This document shows positions 1 through 7,328 of a DNA stretch of 40,870 nucleotides, in pieces. The stretch is from a virus (Duplodnaviria > Caudoviricetes). Made by a program: the position numbers and the translations under genes. The DNA lies in the IMG/VR virus record IMGVR_UViG_3300031716_000150, positions 1 to 40,870 of that record; one strand, given 5' to 3'. Position 1 is the first letter of the stretch. The number at the start of each line of letters is the position of its first letter. The notes below the pieces were generated by a model. That model had not been told where the DNA came from and ran no database searches. It worked only from the letters and a program-made list of their open reading frames with translations.

Positions 1-82
1 CGGCGTTCTTGCCTTTCTCGCGGATGCCGATGTCACGGGCAGCCCGTTCGGCAGTCTTCCTGGCCAATTCAGAGGCTTCCAC
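1..82 (-). CDS. 5' fragment of the CHAP endolysin (allele of 37865..38350), truncated by the window edge
   Basis: GTG at 82 followed by EASELARKTAERAARDIGIREKGKNA, near-identical to the N-terminus of 37865..38350. Confidence 0.85.
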   Translation of the reverse strand, partial: MEASELARKTAERAARDIGIREKGKNA

Positions 83-270
83 TACCAGTTTCCCATAACC
101 GTAAACGGCACCAGCAAGTGCTTGCCGTCTGCCATCTTGGTAACCCTAAGAAGCAAACTCCTGCCGTCTGTAAAATGCAGTTCTAGTTCCTTAGACGTGA
201 ACTTAGTAGACTTAATCTTGAGCCCCTTAAGCTCGTCACTAAACAGATAGTCTTCGTTAGCGGCTTTCAT
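82..270 (-). CDS. Hypothetical protein, 62 aa
   Basis: ATGA overlap with the LOG stop and GGAG RBS. Conserved in the right-end copy with one amino-acid change and several synonymous changes. Confidence 0.85.
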   Translation of the reverse strand: MKAANEDYLFSDELKGLKIKSTKFTSKELELHFTDGRSLLLRVTKMADGKHLLVPFTVMGNW

Positions 271-812
271 GTGGTCTCCTTGTTAACCTCATCCAGTACC
301 ATCCAAGGCGTAGAACAGAACTTTACCAGGCCTGCGCGGTCGTCAGGCATGAGCCCATGCCGCACCATGTTGTCGAACAAGTCAATCAGTGGATTGTAGA
401 AGCCATCTTTGTTAAATATTACAATCGGCTTCGGCGGCATGTAGCCAAGCTTCGTCAGAGTCAAGACTTCGAACAATTCGTCCATGCTGCCGTAGCTGCC
501 TGGTAAGCAAATGAAGGCGTCTGACTTATCCCAGAAGTGTTGCTTCCGCTCGGACATCGTCTGGGCCACTAGCATCTCGATAGACTTGTCGTAGTGGTTA
601 AGCTCATACACCTTCTGCGGCAGTACGCCGATGATTCTGCCGCCAGCCTCTTTGACAGCTGCACAGACGGCACCCATTACGCCCTTGCTCGAGCCGCCAT
701 AGATGATGTCCCAGCCAGAGGTGACAAGGCTGCTAGCCAGCCAGGCAGCGTCATTGAACAGGTACTGGTTGCCACGAGCTCCAGCGAAGATGCAGACAGT
801 GCGATTGGCCAC
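267..812 (-). CDS. LOG (Lonely Guy / TIGR00730, SLOG fold) nucleotide monophosphate phosphoribohydrolase-like protein
   Basis: Motifs VCIFAG, IIYGGSSKGVMGAV, MSERK and DAFICLPGSYGSMDELFE (variant of PGGxGTxxE), plus KPIVIFNKDGFY. Confidence 0.92.
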   Translation of the reverse strand: MANRTVCIFAGARGNQYLFNDAAWLASSLVTSGWDIIYGGSSKGVMGAVCAAVKEAGGRIIGVLPQKVYELNHYDKSIEMLVAQTMSERKQHFWDKSDAFICLPGSYGSMDELFEVLTLTKLGYMPPKPIVIFNKDGFYNPLIDLFDNMVRHGLMPDDRAGLVKFCSTPWMVLDEVNKETT

Positions 813-1267
813 TAGATTTCCCTCCGATGTGCATACGATTCAAAGTCATCAGCATCAAGCAGCAGCCGGTAATCTACCCAGTCCTTGCCGTTGTGGCTGA
901 CTTGCTTGCGAGTCTTCTTGGACGGCGCAGGCGGAGTGTCGTCAAGCTTGATGATTGTCTGCGGCGCAGGCATCTGATACGGAAGCCAGTTAAGAATGCC
1001 GCGGCCGAAGCCGTAGTTGATTTGATTCTGCGCGGCCTGTTGCTGAGCTAGCGTCTGCGCCAATCCTGAAACTGCCGTCTTCTTACTGTATCCGTAGCCA
1101 ATCCAGGTGCCAAGCGCCATTGTCTTACGCATCCCGCTATAGGCGGTACCGTTATAGGCGGCACCGTCTGCTGTGATTTCATTATTTAAGACGTCTACAC
1201 ACACTACATACCAGTCAACAGATCCGTCTGTTATAATATCACCAACATGAATGTCTTTAATATCCAT
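812..1267 (-). CDS. Hypothetical protein, about 151 aa, present only in the left allele
   Basis: ATG at 1267 overlaps the HNH stop (TAATG); its stop overlaps the LOG start. Absent from the right-end copy. Confidence 0.75.
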   Translation of the reverse strand: MDIKDIHVGDIITDGSVDWYVVCVDVLNNEITADGAAYNGTAYSGMRKTMALGTWIGYGYSKKTAVSGLAQTLAQQQAAQNQINYGFGRGILNWLPYQMPAPQTIIKLDDTPPAPSKKTRKQVSHNGKDWVDYRLLLDADDFESYAHRREI

Positions 1268-1629
1268 TACGAATACCTCCGCAAATAGTTGCACGTTCTG
1301 CAGAACCTTCGTCCTTTATAAACTCGCGTATTGCTGTCATTGTAACGATGACCTCTCGGGCAGACAGACTTACGGCCGTTCCCGTGGCCTCGCCTTGTGT
1401 TCTCCAGCGGCGTGACCGGCTCCAGATGTCCAGGGTTGACGCAGGAACGGTTACGACACTTATGGTCTAACAGATTGCCAGCCGGTACAGGTCCACGAAA
1501 ATGCTCATACACCTGTTTATGCGCGACTCTACCGCGATAGTTGCCGTAGCCCTTAGTGTTCTTGCAGCCAATCCACTCCCAGCAATTGCTGTCCGGCGGA
1601 AAGAAGTCAACATGGTCTAGCAATGTCAT
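1267..1629 (-). CDS. Free-standing HNH endonuclease with C-terminal Cys/His Zn motif
   Basis: CWEWIG...GYG...AHK...LDHKCRNRSCVNPGHLEPVT..EN, then CPRGH..CRTC. Paralogous to 8929..9321. Confidence 0.92.
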   Translation of the reverse strand: MTLLDHVDFFPPDSNCWEWIGCKNTKGYGNYRGRVAHKQVYEHFRGPVPAGNLLDHKCRNRSCVNPGHLEPVTPLENTRRGHGNGRKSVCPRGHRYNDSNTRVYKGRRFCRTCNYLRRYS

Positions 1630-2375
1630 GAGTAGCGCCTTTTTAGGAATTCAAGACTAACGAAGCATGGGTCAAATGTTCCGTTCTTGACTTCGTTAAG
1701 GACCCAGATACCACGCTTCGTGTTCTGTCCCTGGGGAGTCAGATACGGCTCGTCATGCTGATAACAGATGCCAGCAAACAGCGCCACAAACTGCGTCGTG
1801 TTATGCACGGCTAGGTCTATACGCTGCACATGACCCATAACAGCGCTGGATTGGCGTTGGCGAAGGAGCGCTGCAGCTGAGCTAACTGGTCGGCCCATCG
1901 CCCCGCTGACGAAGTAGTGGCTAAACTGGATGCCGTCGATTGTCGCTACCTCAAGAAACGGATGCACCTTCCAGCCCCATTCCTCATAACCAAGGTCAGC
2001 TGTTTTTAGCGTACCCTTAAACTTAGGGTTAGCGTTAGCTTCCCTGTCAATGCGGTCTTCGTGGTTTCCCAGGGTCAAGTCTAGCTCTGGGTTCCACCTG
2101 CCGCGTAGCAGCCGTTTCTCGCGTTTGACTGGCGTCATAAGCAGTTGCATAGCATCTCGAGTGGCGGCCACGTCGTTGCCGTAACGCTTACCTTCTGCTG
2201 ATGCCTTGCCAACGTCGTAGCTACTCAGGCTAGGCATATCAGCAAAGTCGCCAAGGTTAACCACGACATCAGGCCGCTTGGCTGCGATGTAGTTACCGAC
2301 CCAGCTAAGGTGGCTGTAGTCTACGTCTGGCCTGACCTGGCAGTCTGGAATTACGATGTGTTTGCGCGGCTTCAT
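1626..2375 (-). CDS. Calcineurin-like metallophosphoesterase
   Basis: IPDCQ, LGDFAD, LGNHEDR, SH and MGHVQ correspond to the DxH / GDxxD / GNHE / H / GHxH signature set. Confidence 0.9.
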   Translation of the reverse strand: MKPRKHIVIPDCQVRPDVDYSHLSWVGNYIAAKRPDVVVNLGDFADMPSLSSYDVGKASAEGKRYGNDVAATRDAMQLLMTPVKREKRLLRGRWNPELDLTLGNHEDRIDREANANPKFKGTLKTADLGYEEWGWKVHPFLEVATIDGIQFSHYFVSGAMGRPVSSAAALLRQRQSSAVMGHVQRIDLAVHNTTQFVALFAGICYQHDEPYLTPQGQNTKRGIWVLNEVKNGTFDPCFVSLEFLKRRYS

Positions 2376-2482
2376 TACAGGTCCTTAAGCAAGTACAGGG
2401 CAATCCTCACAAACAGCGCCCAGGTCAAGCCAGCGATAAGGACGTCGCCAAAGCCACTATTTAACCATCGCTTCAAGCTCAT
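2375..2482 (-). CDS. Small membrane peptide, 35 aa (MSLKRWLNSGFGDVLIAGLTWALFVRIALYLLKDL)
   Basis: GGAGGG RBS before the ATG and TAATG coupling to the next gene. Differences in the right copy (40058..40165) are synonymous in this frame. Confidence 0.65.
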   Translation of the reverse strand: MSLKRWLNSGFGDVLIAGLTWALFVRIALYLLKDL

Positions 2483-3269
2483 CTTTAGTCCCTCCAGCGG
2501 CAAAGTAATCGGTAATGTCTTTAACTGGCTTACCGTTAAGCTCAGACGGCAGCAGGACAAAGCCTACTTCTTGCTTGGCGGCTCTAGCATCCGCAAATAC
2601 ACGCCGCATGAGCTGCTTACCAGGGTCATCCAGGTCAGGAACGACCACAATCCGTAAGTGTCGGACAGGTTGCAACAGCTCACTCCGATAACTGAGGCAG
2701 CCGCCAGCGTGAGTAGTAGCCACAAGACCCATTGCCTCGGCCGTTTCGACGTCCTTTTCTCCCTCCACATAGTAGACCGTGGTACCGGCTGGCTTAGCGG
2801 CAATATCGGGTAGACGGTAGAGCACTCGCCGCACACCACACATATCCCAGAGCCACTTTCCCGGGTTATCCTCATCGGGCCGCCGCAGCCGAAATGTCTT
2901 AGGCTCGTATCTGCAGGACTGGTAGAGCAAGACTCCCTTTTCATCATAGTAGTCATACACCTTTACGGGTTTGGGGCTCATCGGTGCTTTCTCCGCCTCT
3001 CCAGCCAGGTATTTAACTGCATCAACAAAAGACATTCCTTTATCCTTCTGGAGGTAGTTAATGGGGTCGCCGCTGACGCCGCAGCCAAAGCACTTGAACC
3101 TCCAGTTACCATCATCGAATTTGATAAGGGACATGCTTGGTGTTTTGTCTTCGTGAAACACACAGTTAGTTAGCCAGCCTCTGCCGCGTTTCTTGAGTAG
3201 CCTGTCACGGGGTATCAGATTAAGTAGCGATTTCTTCTTGGCTGCAGAGACTTGGTCAGCGCTTACCAT
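2457..3269 (-). CDS. DNA primase (CHC2 zinc finger + TOPRIM), no fused helicase
   Basis: CVFHEDKTPS...FKCFGCG..GD zinc-binding domain; VEGEKD and VPDLDDPG TOPRIM acidic motifs; KDITDY. Confidence 0.92.
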   Translation of the reverse strand: MVSADQVSAAKKKSLLNLIPRDRLLKKRGRGWLTNCVFHEDKTPSMSLIKFDDGNWRFKCFGCGVSGDPINYLQKDKGMSFVDAVKYLAGEAEKAPMSPKPVKVYDYYDEKGVLLYQSCRYEPKTFRLRRPDEDNPGKWLWDMCGVRRVLYRLPDIAAKPAGTTVYYVEGEKDVETAEAMGLVATTHAGGCLSYRSELLQPVRHLRIVVVPDLDDPGKQLMRRVFADARAAKQEVGFVLLPSELNGKPVKDITDYFAAGGTKDELEAMVK

Positions 3270-3664
3270 TCCTCCCTGCTACCGGTAGCGTCAGCGTCCT
3301 TGTCAGGGCAATAACTAGCAGAGTTACGAAACGCCGACATAGGAGCATGATAGCACGGCAATACTAATCCACAGCTGCAGCGGCTAACGGCGATGGCTGG
3401 CTCGTCAGCGTCTGGCAGCTCATCATCTTCCGGTTCTAGCGGCGACCGCTGCGCAGGAACCGTAGATGTCTCGTCCAGGCGCTTGCGCAGGCTACGGAAT
3501 ACCGCCGGCTCAAAACCCAGTTGCCGTAGCCTAGCCTTGATGTTACATACCCGCTTAGCCGTCATTCCTACCCTCTTGCCAATCTCGGTAGGAGAGTTAC
3601 CTTCGGCGTCAAGGATGTAGACAAGCATCTGCTTCTTAGTCAGAACACGCGTATCTGCCTTCAT
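3263..3664 (-). CDS. HTH DNA-binding protein (LuxR / sigma70 region 4-like) with Cys-rich C-terminus
   Basis: LTKKQMLVYIL..EGNSPTEIGKRVGMT.KRVCNIKARL. Start placed at the ATGA overlap with the helicase stop. Confidence 0.7.
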   Translation of the reverse strand: MKADTRVLTKKQMLVYILDAEGNSPTEIGKRVGMTAKRVCNIKARLRQLGFEPAVFRSLRKRLDETSTVPAQRSPLEPEDDELPDADEPAIAVSRCSCGLVLPCYHAPMSAFRNSASYCPDKDADATGSREEW

Positions 3665-5331
3665 CGGTTCCACTTTCTGACCTGAGCCAGGAAGATTCCC
3701 TTAGCCTGTGACTTGGTCAGGTCAGCCCGCCACAGGTCCGGCCGATGCCGTTTCACGAAATCTAACTGTTTCGGAGTAGCATATCCTAGAGCCTGGCGCT
3801 TGTCCATAATCATTCGCCTGGCCTGCGCTTTTGTCGGTACCTTGCCGTTGCCGTCCCGGTCAATTACGCTAGTCGGCAGCCCTAGCCGTATTAGCTCCTG
3901 CGCCTGTCCTGGTGTCAGGTTTTCCAGGAATACAGGGTCTGTAGGTTCGAGTAGCTTATCTACGCAGCCAAGGCCGATTAACTGTGCGTCGGTGACAGAC
4001 AGCCGGACGCTGGCGACTATTTTGGACCTTTGCTCTGCGTCGGCCTCGGCTTTCTTGCGGCGCTTTTCCTTGGCGCTTTCCTCCCGCTCGGCTTCAATCT
4101 TGAGCGCTTCAAAGACATCGATGACCTCCCCCTCGGCGTACCGCTTAGCCGCTGCCTTTGCGACAACTGCGTCAGCGTCTGCAATGTCGAACGCTGTAAC
4201 CAGCGAATGACGGCCCGTGTTGCCAACAAAGTCGAGCACCAGACAGTCAGGTTTACCGCTAGAACGTATCCAAAGCCGTCTTTCATCTGCCGTTACTCCT
4301 TCCAGCCCTGGCAATGGCCTGCCGCCACGGCCAAGCATTTGTGCGTACAGCCCGCGGCTCTTGGTGGGCCGCATCATAGCCACACACGCCGCCGCCGGCA
4401 GGTCAGTTCCTTCAGTAGCTACCGCGACATTGATAAGTATTTGGTAAGCGCGTCCGAAATCACGGAACAGGCTTTGGCGCACATTGCCGTCCGTTGTGCC
4501 GGTGACAAACCGGGCGCAAAGACTACGGTATCGATTAAGGATTTCGCATAGTCGGCTTGCCTGGTCAACTCCTGCCACAAAGCCGATGGTCGGTCTATGT
4601 CCGGCGTACTCGAGCAATCCTTTGGCGCAGCCATGCAAGGCCTCCTCAGACTTCATTACCAATTCAAGCTCGCCGGCTGCCAAATCGCCGGCAACGAGAC
4701 TGACCCCGCTAATGTCTACTGCGTCAACTCTTACCCTCTTAGCCTTAAATGGGACCAGCCAAGAATCAGCAATGGCGTCAACAATGCGATAGGGCGTAGT
4801 TGCTGTGTCGAAGCAATGTAGCCTAGCGCGGTCAAACCTGTCAGGAGTAGCAGACAATCCAACACGAACAGCAGCAGGGAATGCATCAATGATTGCTTGG
4901 TAGCTTCTGGCCGCTGCATGGTGTGCCTCATCAATGATGATTACGTCAAACGGCCGGAAGTTTGTAAGAAGCTCGAGCCGTTTCGGTTGCCTAATGGTGT
5001 CCTTACTCGCCACCACAACCCGTTCTGGTCCGCTATGTATCTCGGGCAAGTCGTGCCCCACTGCCTCTTGCAGGAACGCAGATAGCGTAGCTGTTGCTTG
5101 GTGAATAAGTTCCGTTCTGTGGGCAAGCCAAAGTATTCGAGAATCTTTGAGTTGCTTAACAAGTTCTGCTCCTACTCTGGTCTTGCCAGTGCCAGTGGCC
5201 ATTTCGATTAGCGGCGACTTGCCAAGGCCAATGGCTGACACAGCCTCGGCTACTACCCGCTGCTGGTACGGACGCAGCGGCTTGTCCTTAGCCACTGAAA
5301 CTGTGTAGTCGCCGAATAGACCTAGTTGCAT
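3661..5331 (-). CDS. SF2 DExH helicase (ResIII / YejH-like)
   Basis: LRPYQ Q-motif, ATGTGKT Walker A, IIDEAHH, SATPDR, TEGTD and QMLGRGGR motifs. Confidence 0.95.
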   Translation of the reverse strand: MQLGLFGDYTVSVAKDKPLRPYQQRVVAEAVSAIGLGKSPLIEMATGTGKTRVGAELVKQLKDSRILWLAHRTELIHQATATLSAFLQEAVGHDLPEIHSGPERVVVASKDTIRQPKRLELLTNFRPFDVIIIDEAHHAAARSYQAIIDAFPAAVRVGLSATPDRFDRARLHCFDTATTPYRIVDAIADSWLVPFKAKRVRVDAVDISGVSLVAGDLAAGELELVMKSEEALHGCAKGLLEYAGHRPTIGFVAGVDQASRLCEILNRYRSLCARFVTGTTDGNVRQSLFRDFGRAYQILINVAVATEGTDLPAAACVAMMRPTKSRGLYAQMLGRGGRPLPGLEGVTADERRLWIRSSGKPDCLVLDFVGNTGRHSLVTAFDIADADAVVAKAAAKRYAEGEVIDVFEALKIEAEREESAKEKRRKKAEADAEQRSKIVASVRLSVTDAQLIGLGCVDKLLEPTDPVFLENLTPGQAQELIRLGLPTSVIDRDGNGKVPTKAQARRMIMDKRQALGYATPKQLDFVKRHRPDLWRADLTKSQAKGIFLAQVRKWNR

Positions 5332-5421
5332 AAATTGGGTTCGCTACGGCAGTCTACAGTATCACCCGTAAGACAGGTCCAGCGCTAGCTAGTCACCGTC
5401 TGCCGCTGCCGTAGCCAACTG

Positions 5422-5527
5422 TGCCCCTTTCCGGATTCGAACCGGCCTGCCAGTGTCGTTACCGTCTTTGCAGTATCCCTGGCAGCATTAAGCGCTGCTA
5501 CTGCCAAGGCTAGACCAACTCAGGGGC
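5422..5527 (-). ncRNA. tRNA-like RNA (atypical, 106 nt)
   Basis: Minus strand gives an acceptor-like stem GCCCCT/AGGGGC with discriminator A, a canonical T-arm CCGG-TTCGAAT-CCGG, a GCAGC/GCTGC stem with a 7-nt loop, a degenerate D-arm and a 35-nt extra arm. No encoded CCA. Confidence 0.6.
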
Positions 5528-5585
5528 TAAGCTGCCTGTTTAGCCAGTGGCAGCACCTGGGACCTACCTGCAGGTTAGTTAGCTA

Positions 5586-5927
5586 CTAGAATCCCGTCCC
5601 CTGGTCAGCGCTGGGCGCGCGCAGGCGCAGGCAGTCAACCTTCTTGCCGCCAAACATGGTCTTGTCCTTGAACAGCTCCACCGGCTTGCCGACGCAGGCA
5701 CTGGGAGTGCCAAACATGTCCTTGAGCGTCGTCAGAACAGTCGTCTTAGCAATCATCTGACGGTCAGTCTCATTGAAGTGGACGATAGTCAGCTTCTCAG
5801 GCTGCTTGCCCTGGAACGTGACTTCCTCCTTGGTGATTGCCTTGATGGTCAGCTGAATCGGAGCATCCGCAACGTCTTCGGTCTTGTAGAAGCGGCTCGG
5901 CATCAGGTCTGCAAATGAATCGGCCAT
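5586..5927 (-). CDS. Putative phage single-stranded DNA-binding protein
   Basis: PSRFYKTEDV N-terminal motif, beta-rich core and short C-terminal tail ending in F. Strong AAGGA RBS. Located between nuclease and helicase genes. Confidence 0.55.
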   Translation of the reverse strand: MADSFADLMPSRFYKTEDVADAPIQLTIKAITKEEVTFQGKQPEKLTIVHFNETDRQMIAKTTVLTTLKDMFGTPSACVGKPVELFKDKTMFGGKKVDCLRLRAPSADQGTGF

Positions 5928-5962
5928 GTGATTGTTCCTTTGTTGTACGGTGGTTTATTAAG

Positions 5963-6352
5963 TTAGTTAACAACGTCTACTGTCACTGCCTCATAATTAG
6001 AATCCATCGACATTGGCGAGTTAAACCACTGTCGATAATGAATCTTTACCGGCTTGCCGCTAACCATGGCATGCTGGATTTTATCCACAAGCTCCGGCTT
6101 AGTGACGGTAAAGTTCCAGGTATTGGCAACCAAAGAATCACCTTTGTCGGAGTGCTTGGTAACGAATCCGCCGAGGTTGAGCTGTCCCTCCCACGATTTG
6201 ATAACCAAGCCCTTGTTAGAGAACTTAGTGATACTGCCAATTCGGTCACCTTCGCTGTAGTCTGCGCCGCAGCCAGAAACGCAGCCCTTAACACATAGTC
6301 CGCTGCCGCCAAGTGACAGTAGAATCGCAATCGCTACGATAGCTCTGAACAT
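5963..6352 (-). CDS. Membrane-anchored or lipoprotein-like protein of the YSEG.R.G...K.S.KG...K.WEG family
   Basis: Hydrophobic N-terminus with Cys residues, then YSEGDRIGSITKFSNKGLVIKSWEGQL and V.IHYRQW. GGAG RBS. Confidence 0.7.
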   Translation of the reverse strand: MFRAIVAIAILLSLGGSGLCVKGCVSGCGADYSEGDRIGSITKFSNKGLVIKSWEGQLNLGGFVTKHSDKGDSLVANTWNFTVTKPELVDKIQHAMVSGKPVKIHYRQWFNSPMSMDSNYEAVTVDVVN

Positions 6353-6361
6353 GGTTACTCC

Positions 6362-7090
6362 TTATTCAATCCCAGAATCCTTAAGCCATTCCTCGGCGGC
6401 TTGCTTCTGCCGCCAAGCAGACACATCGGCTGTGAAGTCTCCACGACCAGGCCAGTGATTAGACTTCATGCACTGGCTCCAGCGGCTGACGGCTTCGCGC
6501 CAATCTGCCTTACCTCGCTCGAGCATGCGAGGCGTTACTGACACGAAGCGAACGTCATACGGCGGCGACGTCTCAGCAAAGATGAATGTACCTTCTGCGT
6601 CAAGGTCGAAGTTAGGCTCATGCGCGTTCAGGCCCTCTATATAGGCGGCAATTTGAAGGTCATAGCGGTACTGCTCGATTTGCTTGACGATATTGTAGTC
6701 AGACAAATCATGGCTTGTCTTAAGCTCCCAAAAGCGGCCTTCGTTGTAGTTAAATAGGTCCACTACGCCGCTGCAGTCGGTGCCGTCACTGTTCCATTCA
6801 ATGCGATACTGCGGCGTACCTACGATGCCTCGAGACTGCAGCGCGTCCTTGATTGAGCCAGCGATAGCCTCGGCTTCCTCCTGCGCAGCCGCCGTCAGCT
6901 TGGGAACCGTGCCGCCAAATACCATAGCGTCAACGGCGCTGCCTTTGACCTGCGCAGCCGACGGCTTCTTACCCTGGCCACCAAGCAGCCGATGCGCCAA
7001 CCAAGCATGCTTCGGCGACTTATCCAGCAGAATCTTGGCAATGCTGGGGCTAAGGCGGACAGTTTCGTTACCCGCGCCGTTAGTTGCCAT
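6362..7090 (-). CDS. PD-(D/E)XK exonuclease, RecE / exonuclease VIII (DUF3799)-like
   Basis: LSPS...SPKH, GVVD..WELKT, YRYDLQIAAY, FIFAETSPPY and W.QC....WPG. Start could be 7090 or 7111. Confidence 0.85.
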   Translation of the reverse strand: MATNGAGNETVRLSPSIAKILLDKSPKHAWLAHRLLGGQGKKPSAAQVKGSAVDAMVFGGTVPKLTAAAQEEAEAIAGSIKDALQSRGIVGTPQYRIEWNSDGTDCSGVVDLFNYNEGRFWELKTSHDLSDYNIVKQIEQYRYDLQIAAYIEGLNAHEPNFDLDAEGTFIFAETSPPYDVRFVSVTPRMLERGKADWREAVSRWSQCMKSNHWPGRGDFTADVSAWRQKQAAEEWLKDSGIE

Positions 7091-7319
7091 TGCCGTCACC
7101 TTTATCACCATCGACCGGCGCCGGAGACGTCAGGATTTTATTTACAGCTTGAACAGTCGCCAAGACGACGTTGTAGGCCTCGAGCTGCTTATCCCAGCCA
7201 AGGGCTACCTCCTGCACAAACTCGTCTTTGTCAACGCCTAGCTCAATGGCCATAGCAATCATTTGTTCCTGCATGTGACTTAGTTGGGCAATCTTTGCGA
7301 TATGCTGTAGCGTTACCAT
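7080..7319 (-). CDS. Hypothetical protein, 79 aa
   Basis: AGGAGG RBS; fills the gap between terL and the nuclease gene. Confidence 0.75.
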   Translation of the reverse strand: MVTLQHIAKIAQLSHMQEQMIAMAIELGVDKDEFVQEVALGWDKQLEAYNVVLATVQAVNKILTSPAPVDGDKGDGNGN

Positions 7320-7328
7320 CTAGCCTCC

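Larger units (their letters stand above)
1..3187. repeat. Left copy of a long imperfect direct repeat (partner 38269-40870)
   Basis: Same gene series at both ends. Offset is 38268 for ORF 82..270 vs 38350..38538 and 37683 for the primase stop (2457 vs 40140). The 585-nt difference is explained by an allele-specific cassette plus two single-codon indels. Confidence 0.97.

Noticed and set aside
1-3187. True T7-like direct terminal repeats
   Set aside because: The copies are substantially diverged and differ in gene content; packaging-generated terminal repeats are identical.
5465-5475. CT-GCA-AA as a tRNA-Cys anticodon loop
   Set aside because: The flanks (GGATA/GACGG) do not pair into an anticodon stem; the sequence fits better as part of the TACTG/CGGTA hairpin.
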